This document shows, one piece after another, positions 1 to 16,985 of a stretch of DNA of 64,000 nt. Origin of the DNA: the human T2T-CHM13v2.0 reference genome, Homo sapiens. How positions within the stretch are numbered: the first letter of the stretch is position 1; every line of letters starts with the position of its first letter. The notes under the pieces were generated by a model. The model was given only the letters and a program-made list of their open reading frames with translations, ran no database searches and was not told the origin of the DNA. The stretch lies in assembly GCF_009914755.1 (NCBI RefSeq), contig NC_060932.1. The stretch is one strand, 5' to 3'. A program made the translations under genes and the position numbers.

Positions 1-189
<189 letters not shown>

Positions 190-224
190 TCAGAAAAGAA
201 AAAAAAAAATAAAAAAATAAAGAA

Positions 225-433
225 GGAGAAGGAAAAATTAAGAAACAGACACATACAGAGGGATGACCACATGAGAATGCAGGGAGAAGACGGCATCTAC
301 AAGCCCAGAGAGAGGCCTCAGAAGAAACCAACCCTGCCAGATCTTGGACGTCTAGCTTCCAGAACCGCAAGGAAATAAATTTCTGTTGTCGAAGGTTCCC
401 GGTCTGTGGTGCAGCCCTAGCAAACTAAGATAC
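225..433 (+). mobile_element. MLT1B/C-like MaLR LTR, 3' part
   Basis: Typical motifs gaagacggcatctacaagcc...agaggcctcagaagaaaccaaccctgcc...gaaataaatttctgttg...gcagccctagcaaactaa. Confidence 0.75.
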
Positions 434-599
434 CACGGTAAACAGCCCCTCCATTCAACTGCTCATGCAGCCTTGGGAGTGAGCCTGTAGCCTTCTGGGA
501 CCTGCCTCACCCACCCAATATTACCAATGGTGCCATCATATGTCCCATCACCAACCTCATGATATCTATCATCATGTTTCTACATCCGTAAATCTGTCC

Positions 600-921
600 A
601 CATTTATGCCATGAATTCCTTTTTACTGAAATACCGTAGGACTCACTACCACAATAAGTACTTAAGCTGAAAGAGTTTCTAATGGGAGCCAAGTAAATTC
701 AGCTCTCCACTGTGCAAAGCATCTTGTCATTTCTATAATAAAAGTCTTCCCATGTTCAGTCCACTTTGGCTCTGGAACCTGGATGAGTCATGCTTGGGGC
801 CCAGGGTGCCTGTGAGGATGCTGCATGAGAATTTCAGCTGTGGTGGCAGTGGCTGGGAGTCCCACTGACTCAGGGGGAGGCCAGGCGAGATGAGCTGGAA
901 CTTTTAGGGGAGAGCTGGCAC
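600..921 (-). other. FBXO16: FBXO16 3' UTR (end approximate)
   Basis: Unique sequence after the stop codon. No minus-strand AATAAA seen; variant signals AGTAAA (622-627) and CATAAA (603-608). Confidence 0.6.
622..627 (-). terminator. Candidate non-canonical polyadenylation signal AGTAAA
   Basis: tttact on the + strand, about 300 nt past the stop codon. Confidence 0.45.
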
Positions 922-931
922 TTAGGGACAT
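922..931 (-). CDS. FBXO16: FBXO16 exon 9 coding part (10 nt: A TGT CCC TAA)
   Basis: ttcctttttcctttctag|A TGT CCC TAA; brings the CDS to 879 nt. Confidence 0.88.
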
Positions 932-1572
932 CTAGAAAGGAAAAAGGAATCATGAAAGCGAGGGTTATTGAAATACCAAGGGAGCTATCTAGTTAAACTT
1001 ATTTTTAATGACATAAAACAATTTTACAAAATTATAGGGCTGGATGGGATTTATTGAGATTTCCCAACTTCACTCCCCTCTGCCCCCATGCAATCTTCAC
1101 CCTGAGCTACAGATAATACGGTCTTTAGCGTCCAAAGTGCTCTCACTAACTTTATTTCATCTGAACCTCAAGATCACATGTGGTAGAGAGGATAGTATTA
1201 ATAAGTTTCATTTTGCAAATAAATGAAACTGAGGAATTTGAGTGACAGTCCAAGTTCACACCGCTAAAAAGTGTCACAGCTGGGGCTAGAGACTTGGGAT
1301 TTTTAGATGAGAGTATTGACATCATTCCCATATTTTAATTTTAAATATTTTTTAAAATAGATATTTTTTAGAGATGAGGTCTCCCTATGTTGCCCAGGCT
1401 GGTCTTGAATTCTTTGATCCTCTCGCCTCTGCCTCCCAAAGTGCTGAGATTATCAGCGTGAGCCACTGTGCCCAGCCTGTTCCCATAATTTACACTCTCC
1501 ATTAATCAATACATGCACACGATCTCTCTAAAAAGGCAAATGTCACAGGTTGATATCACAACTGAAACTCAC

Positions 1573-1598
1573 AGTGGGAAGGGATTTCTCCTCGACAT
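1573..1598 (-). CDS. FBXO16: FBXO16 exon 8, 26-nt microexon (MSRRNPFPL)
   Basis: Pyrimidine tract then ggccag|ATGTCG...CCACT|gtgagt. Gives the recalled human C-terminus MSRRNPFPLCP. Confidence 0.88.
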
Positions 1599-2262
1599 CT
1601 GGCCGCGAGCAGGAAAGGGAAGAGAATGGAGAGAGGAAAAGAAAGAAATAATCCGAGCTGAGCTTGAAGGGAGAGAGAGTGAGGCACTCTTCAAAGTTCG
1701 CCTTTATCTTGGTTCCAACTGTGCAAGGAGAGACCTAAGAGGATTGGGCTGAACACAGATATCGTAGCCTCCCCCAAGCACAATGCCCCCCCGTTACTCC
1801 ATACTAAGCTGGCAAGTCACAGGAGTCAGATCAGAGTCCTTGTCACATCTCTCTAACACCGTGGTGGGTGGGTATGTTTGCAATACACAGGGTTTCTGTA
1901 AGTCTATGAAAATCCTACTTTAGACTTTCTTTGACTCATCAATGATATCCGCCGATGACAGCTCCCTGGTCTTCCCCTCCAGCTAACGTGCTCCCTCTCA
2001 TTCCACAAGGAAGCTCCACACCTGCCTGAAGTGCTCTCTGCAGTCCTCCCGTAAGTCTAACCTGTCCTTCCAGGCCTGCCTTCCTGCAAGAAGCTTGCAT
2101 GTCTCCATCCACAGGAAGTTTCCAGCAGGTGGATTCCCGAAGCCTTTATTATTGACTTCTCTGGCTTTGTGTTGAACGTATGCTCTAAAGCATTAGTACT
2201 CACTTCTAAGTGTAATTCTTTGTCCCCCAATGAGGCTGCAAACTCCCTGCAAGCAAAACTGA

Positions 2263-2454
<192 letters not shown>

Positions 2455-2823
2455 TAGAGATGAGGGTCTTCCTATGTTGCCTAGGCTGGTCCTGAACTCC
2501 CGAGCTCAAGCAATCCTCCCGCTTTGGCCTTCCAAAGTGCTGGGATTACAGGCCCACTGTGCCCGGCCAAAGCTGAAAGCTTACACTTCATTGAATCGAC
2601 AGGTGTCTGCCTATAGTAGGTGCAGACATGTTTGTTGATTTTTCTGGGAAAGAGTGGGCAAAACTGGGGTTAAAGTAGCAAGTTGTTAGCATCGAAAAGG
2701 AAAAGGGGTAAGAGATGGGAGTAAATAATCTTCCCTCGTTTGAAGTTTTCGGTGTTGTTTAAGGTCCCTGTAGCAGAAGTATTTTCATTGCTGTTTCAAG
2801 ATCAGCATAAGGTAAGAAAATAA

Positions 2824-2949
<126 letters not shown>

Positions 2950-4315
2950 TGAGATCAGGAGTTGAGACCAGCCTGGCCAACATGGTGAAACCCTGTCTCT
3001 ACTAAAAATGAAAAAAACTAGCTGGGCATGGTGGTGGGTGCCTGTAATCCCAGCTACTCAGGAGACTGAGGCAGGAGAATCTCTTGAACCTGGGAGGCAG
3101 AGGTGACAGTGAGCAAGACCGCGCCATTGCACTCCAGCCTGGGCAACATGAGTGAAACTCCATCTCAAAAAATATAAATAAATAAAATAAAATAATACCT
3201 GTTAAATGAAGAAAAGGCCTAGCTCTCTATGATACAAGAATGGGCTAGTCACATCTCACCTGTAACAGTTTCAAATTTAACCCTATTACCATGCAACGCT
3301 TATCTGTCACTGCATTTGCAAAACCCCTTTCTCCTGAGTCCCCGGGCAGTTCACAGGTCCAGGCAGGCTCCTCACAGCCCTCCCTTTTCACCGTGGCAGG
3401 CCCCAGGGCCTCCCCTGCTCTCCTCTCCTCTTGGTAGCTGTGACCACCCATCCAGACTATGGCATTTCTCGTCCCTCCAAGATGGGCTGAGGGAAGATGG
3501 TCTCCTTCGGCCACCATTCCTTGTGGTCCCGGAACACAAGCTGACAGACCCTCTTCATTTTGAGACTTTCATGTCCATTATTACAAGAGAAAAGACAAGA
3601 TTTAAGGGAGAAAACATGGGGAAGTCCTATAAATGGGTAAAAATCTTTCTGGATCCTGCTCTATAGCACCTGACTATCTGGCTGAAATAACTAGAAGTTT
3701 CTTCTATACCAATGTTGGGGTCTCCAAAACCTTTTCTTTCCTACTGATCTTTTCCCTTGGCTGTGAATCCACCCCCACCTTCTTCCCCCAGAAAGGTCCG
3801 TCTTCATAGCACATAGACTTAACAGCAAGAAGCATCTTAGCGGGCTAACTGAGGACTAGTTTCACATGGTTTAACTTCTGAGCACCTCCAGACGCGGCAA
3901 GGCACATTTCATGACACCTCTATTCTCTGTGAGAATCTTCCCTAAAGGGCATCTTCCTATGGCTCCTCAGGGATTATTTTTGCTTTTCTCACTCTTTGAA
4001 AATAATTAAGCTTGTTCATTTTTTGAATAGGTTACTTTTCTACATAGCTCAATATTCAAAAATTACAAAAGCATTCAGCGAAAAATCTCCCCCCACCTCA
4101 TCCTTGAGCCTCCTAGTTCCTTTTCTCAAAGTTACCAGGGTTGTGTTTTTTTTTCTGTTTTGTTTTTGGTTTTGTCTACTTCCAGTGATACTGCATATGT
4201 AGTGAGCAAACGTAGACATAAAACGCAAATGTACTGTCCCCCTTTCCTTTTTCACACAACTGGCAGCATGCTGTGAACACCACTGCTGTTTGCTCACTAT
4301 ATATGTGAGAGGCTA

Positions 4316-4555
<240 letters not shown>

Positions 4556-4558
4556 TCA

Positions 4559-4732
<174 letters not shown>

Positions 4733-5028
4733 CTAGTCTTTCAATGGCTGTAGAGCAGTTCACATCCAGATGAACCATACCGATAGATATTTGGGCCATT
4801 TTCAACGTTTGCTTTCACAAACGACACCAACATGAATGACCCTTTACGAATGTGCAGCCTCCTCTGCTGCAGCTGTCTGCTTTCTGGTAGGTGGACGTTG
4901 CCAATGGCCATGCCGTCCATCAGCATTCCTAGTGCTGCCCTGGAACACCATCATAAGAATATTCCAGCCAGGCATGGTGGCTCACGCCTGTAATCCCAGC
5001 ACTTTGGGAGGCCAAGGCGGGTGGATCA

Positions 5029-5319
<291 letters not shown>

Positions 5320-6088
5320 CTATCCTCCATCTGTCCCTATGAAGAGGGATGGGATCAGGTAATTCAAAGATATTTTTCTCATCAGTTGAGCTTTCTGTTC
5401 TTTTTCTAGAGGTATTTACCCAATATCCTGATGTGCCGTTATAGTGTCTTTAAAGCGAAGGAAATAGAAGAGAAATGCAATGCCATGCGTTTGACATTGG
5501 AATTCTCCAGGGTTCTGTTCTTGGCCTGCTTCCTGGCCAATCAGCGCCTGAATCTTCCATGGCTGGATGTGTTTCTGTTGCCCTGCTGTTCCCCTGGGCT
5601 CCGGGCCCATCTATTCAGCCCTCTTCTGAACTCGTATACTTGTGGTCCCATAGGTACCTCCAACCTGATATTTCCTGCTAGGTTTCCAGTACCAGTGGGG
5701 AGAGGCATGAACCTTAATACAACTGCCTGCCCAAGATTCCCGGGACTTTTCCCTTCCTGGGCCGGAAGCTCTCCCCTGTAGCCTGGAAGCTCTTGAGGGC
5801 AGGGGCTGTATCTTATGATTATCTCCCTAGGGCTAGTTCAGTGCCTGTAAAATCCTTGTTCATTAATGATAAACATACCAATGCTTCCTTCTTCTTTCTC
5901 ATCTCAGGGCAATGGCTGAAACAACCTTGCAGGTGGACTTTGCATGGGGATAGAAAATTCCTTTTTTCAGGCTGGATGCCATTTTATTGGGCACAGAGAA
6001 GTGGGTGAGAATGCCAAGAGGCTATTGAGGGTGAGGGGCCCAAGAAAGACGAGGGTCCCACAGGAGGCTAAGGCCCAAGAAGAGGTAG

Positions 6089-6370
<282 letters not shown>

Positions 6371-6871
6371 TGAACTCCTGACCTCAGGTGATCTGCCCAC
6401 CTTGGCCTCCCAAAGTGCTGGGATTACAGGTGTGAACCACTGCACCTGGCCCCTGATTGATTTTTTTGTTTGTTGTCCATTCATGTTATTTGCAGACATC
6501 TGCAAACGATCACTGATGCAAACAACACCATTGGATCAACCCAAGGATCAGTTAAGTGAACACATTAGGTAAAGAAGCAAGTGGATGTGGAAAATAGATA
6601 AATATAGTAACAACAATGACAGCACCTGCTTTGTGCCAGTCCTTCTTCTAGGAATACCAATGACAGTAATAACTGCAAATACCTGACAGCCAGGCATTGT
6701 GCTAACATGCATTTATTAATTCATTTCTTCTTCACAACATGCCTGTGATGTGGTAAAGAATCTTACCACATCTTCACTTTTTGTGACAATCTTCACTTTG
6801 TAGAAGATTCACCTCCTCCCTTTAAAAAAATCTCCCTCTCAACGTTTTATTATGACTCCCAGTTGAGGAGT

Positions 6872-8109
<1,238 letters not shown>

Positions 8110-9003
8110 GAGTGATGTGGTAATATTGTATATAAATATGGATTATTGTGTTTGAAAAGCATAAAATCAGAAGTTGTTGGTTTTAGCAGTGCAAGCACAG
8201 TTTAAACTCACCCCTGTAAATTGCCTAAAGCATAGGTTGGGGGCTGAGGTCATGGGTAGAGACAAAGGCTCAGAGTGCAGAGGAGATGGCTGAGGAGGTC
8301 CTCCCTCGGGGGCCTTCTTCTAAGAAGAAGGCCTAAGAGGCTGATGCTAGTCCCAGTCCCAGCTTCATCCGGTTGATAGGATGCTTAATCCTCAGGATGG
8401 AGTTGCTTCAAGGACTTTCCATCTAGGAATTCTGGGGAAGGACCCCTGCTGTCTCCTGTCTGCTCAGGAGCCCAGAAAGCTGCTCAGTCCTGTATGGACA
8501 CCTTCCAGAGGGCCCTGCTTTGGCCAACGCCTATGAGCAAAACATTCCCTTTTACTCCCCGCTTATGCTTCTGGCGGAAACAGAGGCAAGGTGTTAGAAA
8601 GAAATAACCAACGCAGTTTTAAAGAATCCACAGGCCTGGCTTTGTGTTTGTTTTATCTTTTAAGTAACCTTGGGGTAATATTTTTAGCTGCAGAGGAAGG
8701 CTAAGCAACTCGAGCCAGGGTTTTGAAATTCAAATCCAAGACTATGTGACTACATCTTTCAGCCTTCCAAGTAGGTGAAATAGGTAGGGATGGTGCAAAT
8801 GTTCAAAGGCCATAAGGTCTGAGTGAACTCATATTTCAAAACACCTGTGTCTTAAAAAATTGGCTTCCAGTGTAGTTTGTGGTGAAATACCATATTACGA
8901 AACACACATACACACACACATGCTACATACATATATCTTATTTTATGTTATATATATATTTTTAAGACAGGGTCTCACTGTCACCCAGGCTGAAGTGCAG
9001 TAG

Positions 9004-9123
<120 letters not shown>

Positions 9124-9126
9124 TAG

Positions 9127-9273
<147 letters not shown>

Positions 9274-10221
9274 TAACAGTGACTAAAGCATGTTATAACA
9301 AATACGTATATAACTAATAATATTACATAAATCACAAACACAGTTCTCTTCTGGTAGGTCCTGAATAGAAGTTAATTTGTGTCACATATTTTGTGTTAAA
9401 ATAAAAACAAATAGCCATTTGGCATTGGTCTAAATGCTAAGTGAACGAGAGCAGGTAGAATCATTTCCATTGGAAATGCCACAGTAATTTATTATGGATA
9501 GCCTGATGAAACAAGAGGCAACAAGACACAACAAGTAAACTCGGCTCTCTTCCAGGCAAAGGAGAAATGCAAAGACTCCAAGTAGCGGGCTCACCTGAGA
9601 GTTGATTTTGCCCCCAGGATTCTTCCCAGGGAGGCTTATTCATCTTTTAGGTATCAAAAATTAACAACAACCAAGATTGTAGTTCTTAGGCTGTGGAGTG
9701 CACATAGCACATAATCCATGGCACTGAGTTCAACACACGTGCATTCTTCAGTCTAGGAGCATGGAGTAAGAAACAAAACACTGGCTAGGCGCCGTGACCC
9801 ACACCTGTCATCCCAGTGCTCGGGGAGGCCAAGGCGGGAGGACTGCTTGAGGCCAGGAATTCAAGAACAGCCTGGGCAACATAGTGAGACCCTGTCTCTA
9901 CCAAAATTTGAAAAATTAACCAGGTGTGGTGGTGTGCATCTGTAGTCCTAGCTACTCAGGAGGCTAAGGCAGGAAGATCACTTGAGCCCAGGAGGTCAAA
10001 GCTGCAGTGAGCTCTGATTGCACTGCTCCAGTCCAGAATGGGCAACAGAGCGAGACTCTGTCTCTAAAAAAAGAACAAGAAAAAACAAGAAACACCACAA
10101 TGATGAGGAGTCCACACGTAGGCACAAGACTATACGGAGGCCATGTAGGAGCTGAAAATATGTGGCTTATATTCCACACAGCTATTGATGCAACTGTTTC
10201 TTACACAGTGGAAACTGACTA

Positions 10222-10542
<321 letters not shown>

Positions 10543-11286
10543 CTATAAGGAAGAGAAAAGACAAAGGGGGAAGAAGAAGAGAAATGGGGACGGTCAAGGA
10601 AAAAGCAAAAAGGAGACTCTTGTTCTATGGGCCAGGGCCTCCCACCAATGCCTTCTGGCTGCCTGGCAGGTCCCTCCTCCACCTGTCTCTCAGCCACAGC
10701 TCACCATCAGATTTCTCTCATCTTTCCTTGTGGGCTCAGGGTGATGGCTTAGTATGATTTTTACTGCTGTTACTACTACTATTACTACCACTAGCTTTGA
10801 GCTAGGTACTGTGCTAATGCTTTACATCCTCCTCCCAATTCAGTGGCGTTCGTTAGTCTTGTTACTAACTCCATGTTACACATGAGGAAAAAGAGGCTCA
10901 GAGAGGTTACAAAACTTGGCCAAAATCACCAGACTACTAAAATAGTGGTACGATGGGCATTGAACTTAGGCTATTTGCATCCCAATCTGTGTCCTTAGAA
11001 AGCAAAATAGGCCAGGTGTGGTGGCTTATGCCTGTAATCCCAGCACTTTGGGAGGCTGAGGCAAATGGACTTCTTGAGGTCAGGAGTTTGAGACCAGACT
11101 AGCCAATATGGTGAAACCCCATCTCTACTAAAAATACAAAAATCAGCCGGGCGTGGTGGCAAGTGCCTGTAATCCAAGCTACTTGGGAGGCTGAGGCAGG
11201 AGAATCGTTTGAACCCAGGAGGCAGAGGTTGCAGTGAGATGGCCCCACTGCACTCCAGCCTGGGCAATAGAGTGAGAACCTGTCTC

Positions 11287-11319
<33 letters not shown>

Positions 11320-11379
11320 TAGAAAAATAATATTGAATGAGAGCACGAACACATATTACATGCTAAATATAATATACTG

Positions 11380-11520
11380 GGGATTTAGGTAGGTGTCATT
11401 ATTCCCATTTTACAGATGAAGAAACTGAGGCCTAGAGAGGTTAAGTAACTTATCTGAAGTCATATTGTTTAGTACAAGAGCCCAGGTCTGTCTGACTGCA
11501 AAGCCCATATTCTTTGTTAT
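11380..11520 (-). mobile_element. MIR (similar fragments at ~1140-1310, 10800-10990, 25220-25480, 49560-49700, 56090-56270)
   Basis: Core cccattttacagatgaagaaactgaggcctagagaggttaagtaactt. Confidence 0.8.
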
Positions 11521-11791
11521 TCTTCCTTCCAAATGGAATTCCCAGGAATTTCATTGCTTGAATTAAATAGTTAAAAACCTCTCCAATGGATATTTTTGGT
11601 TCTGCACATTCAAACCAAACAGACATTGTTATAAAATGAACACCCATCCGTGCACAGTGGCTCATGCCTGTAATCCCAGCACTTTGGGAAGCTGAGGCAG
11701 GAGGATCGCTTGAGGCCGGGAGTTTGGGATGAGCCCAGGCAAAATAGCGAGACCCTGTCTCTACAAAAAATACCCCCAAAAACCACAATTA

Positions 11792-12184
<393 letters not shown>

Positions 12185-12239
12185 TTAATTACAGCTGTGT
12201 TCTTCAGGCATCAGGGGAGAAAGGGGTATGAATGCTTAG

Positions 12240-12590
<351 letters not shown>

Positions 12591-13597
12591 TGAGGAAACA
12601 AAGACTCTGGGAATTTGAGTGACTACTCATTAGTGGTACAGTTGAAACTAGAACTGGGGTTTCCTGATTCTTAAACCATTGTTCATTCCACAATATGATC
12701 CAGGAATCACTTTAGAGTATATTCCTGTGTGTGGTTCCCCCCCACCCCTTTTGAGTGAAGGAAAAAAGGTGAGAAAGCTTGAAGAAGCACTTTAAAAAAT
12801 CAGGACACTAAGAGTAAAGTTATCCCTGGAAAGAGGTGAAGAAGGTAATTTCAGAGGCTGGAATTAGCAGAGCACAGGAAAAGATAAGGGCTAATCTAAG
12901 GCAATCAGGGTAAGCAGGCAATTAAAGACTTTTGTTACTTGTATTTAAGTGAATGCTCTGAAACGGCAGGCTTTTTGAAATCCATGGCTGAACCAGGACC
13001 TAGAAAGTGAGGACATCTAACTCCCAAGTAAAAGTTCAGTGCTAGACAAAAGGTATTTGTGTTTATACTTGATAAAGGAAAAAACAAAGAAAAGAAACAA
13101 GATGTCAGCTAGGGTCCCCTTAGCCCAATTCCAGGGCCTCGGAAGTTCAAAGCCCATCTCCTTGTTTTCTGTGAATTGTCCTAAGGAGTGTTCATTTTCA
13201 TAGCTTTCTAGACTTCTAAGATCTTGCTTCCATGTGTAAATGGAGTAGAATTTACTGCAGAGATGGAGGGAGGTATTTACATCCCAGTAACGGCAAACAG
13301 GTTTAATTGGAACAGGTGGTATCTAATACTGTTCCCGCCTCTCTCCCCTACCTAATCTTGGCTTCTCTCCTCCTCTTCCTCCTACCTCTTTCCTCCCTAC
13401 TCCCTCTCCTCCTCCACCTCTTCCCTTCCAGGAGCAGAAACAACAAATTCGTCCCCTAATCTCTAGACCAGCAGGTTTTCCCTGCCTCTGAAGACCTAGA
13501 GTCTGCTGACATCCTTGCTCTCAAGGCCTCCTCTCTCCCTATGAGTTTAGCAAAGTCTCTCCCTCAAGAAGACAGCTCCTTCCTTCCCTAAGAATTA

Positions 13598-14349
<752 letters not shown>

Positions 14350-14547
14350 TGATCTGCCCTCCTCGGCCTCCCAAAATGTTGGGATTACAGGCGTGAGCCA
14401 CTGTGCCCGGCCGGAATTTGTATTTTTAATTGCTTTGTTTTATATGGAATCTTGTTCTCATAACTAATTGTAATGGGAGTGTCTTGACATTTACATAATT
14501 TTCATAAGGAGCCTTCAAAACTGTAAAGGATTAGCAATCAGGTCTAA

Positions 14548-14892
<345 letters not shown>

Positions 14893-15219
14893 TAGACTAA
14901 GTGGTTCTGACTAAGGCAGCACTTGGGGTCCGCTTTAGAATCAAAAGCAGAAGAGCAAATCAGGCACACTTTCAAGGTGGCGGGTTTTGAAACCTCAAAC
15001 TCATCAAATAATAGGAAACATGACAAGCTCACCGCAACATGTGCAAGATGTGAAACCGTTTCCCCAAGTATGGTTCTGTTTTTGGAGACAGCGCTCACAT
15101 CTGAAGGCTCTAAGTAACGACAGGCAAAAAGGGAGGCTGGTGTCAGTGATCTGACAGCCACATCCCCAGAGAGATGGACTAAGGAATATTACTTGTACTT
15201 TTTTTTTTTTTTTAGGTAG

Positions 15220-15471
<252 letters not shown>

Positions 15472-15765
15472 TGACAGGTATGAGCCACTGCCCCCTGGCC
15501 ATGTGTCCTCTTTTATTCTCCCATTATCTTCTCTCTTCCTGCCCTCTCCATTTAACAAAGCCTCTTTCCTGATATTAGGCGTGAGGAATCTTCAAGTGTT
15601 CAGGTCTCAGGTAACCTCCTAGGTTTGGGGGTCAGGGTTTGGGGGTATGTCACTTTCATCTTTGCCTTTAGAAGGTGCTCCCCTAAGTTTGTCCTGCTCA
15701 CCTGCTTCTCTAGGTCCTCCTGAAATCTTCCTCCATAAACCTGTCCAAATGATGGGGGAACTTTC

Positions 15766-16296
15766 TGTCAGAGGTGTTTGAACCAGGGCAACTCCATCTT
15801 GAATAGGAGCTGGGTAAAATGAGGCTGAAACCTACTGGGCTTCACTCCCAGACGGTTAAGGCATTCTAAGTCACAGGATGAGATAGGAGGTCAGCACGAG
15901 ATACAGGTCATAAAGACCTTAATGATAAAACAGGTTGCAATAAAAAAGCCGGCCAAAACCCACCAAAACCAAGATGGCGACAGGAATGACCTCTGGTCAT
16001 ACTCACTGCTACACTCCGATTACTGCCATGACAGTTTACAAATGCCATGGCAACGTCAGAAAATTACCCTATATGGTCTAAAAGCGGGAGACATGAATAA
16101 TCCACCCCTTGTTTAGCATACAATCAACAAATAACCATAAAAATCGGCAACCAGCAGCCCTCGGGGCTGCTCTGTCTATGGAGTAGCCATTCTTTTATTT
16201 CTTTACGTTCTTAATAAACTTGCTTTCACTGTATGAACTTGCACTAGATCCAAGAACCCTCTCTGGGGGTCTGGATCCAGACCCTTTCTGGTAACA
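15766..16296 (+). mobile_element. MER41A solo LTR (ERV1)
   Basis: TGTCAGAGGTGTTTGAACCAG...GGTAACA. Lacks the tandem GAS (STAT1) segment found in MER41B. Confidence 0.88.
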
Positions 16297-16345
16297 TTCA
16301 TGTATCAAATGAATACATGATTTTCTGCACTGGAATCACACCTAG

Positions 16346-16834
<489 letters not shown>

Positions 16835-16949
16835 TAGTAGAGACGGGATTTCACCGTGTTAGCCAGGATGGTCTCGATCTCCTGACCTCACGATCTGCCC
16901 ACCTCGGCCTCCCAAAGTGCTGGGATTACAGGTGTGAGCCACCGCGCCC

Positions 16950-16985
<36 letters not shown>

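Noticed and set aside
737-742. AATAAA in the 3' UTR region
   Set aside because: It is on the + strand, the wrong orientation for FBXO16.
3229-3666. 145-aa + strand ORF
   Set aside because: No recognisable homology, splice structure or retrocopy hallmarks.
16060-16110. MER41 as an interferon-inducible STAT1 enhancer
   Set aside because: This copy is MER41A-type and lacks the tandem TTCC(C/G)GGAA GAS segment of MER41B.
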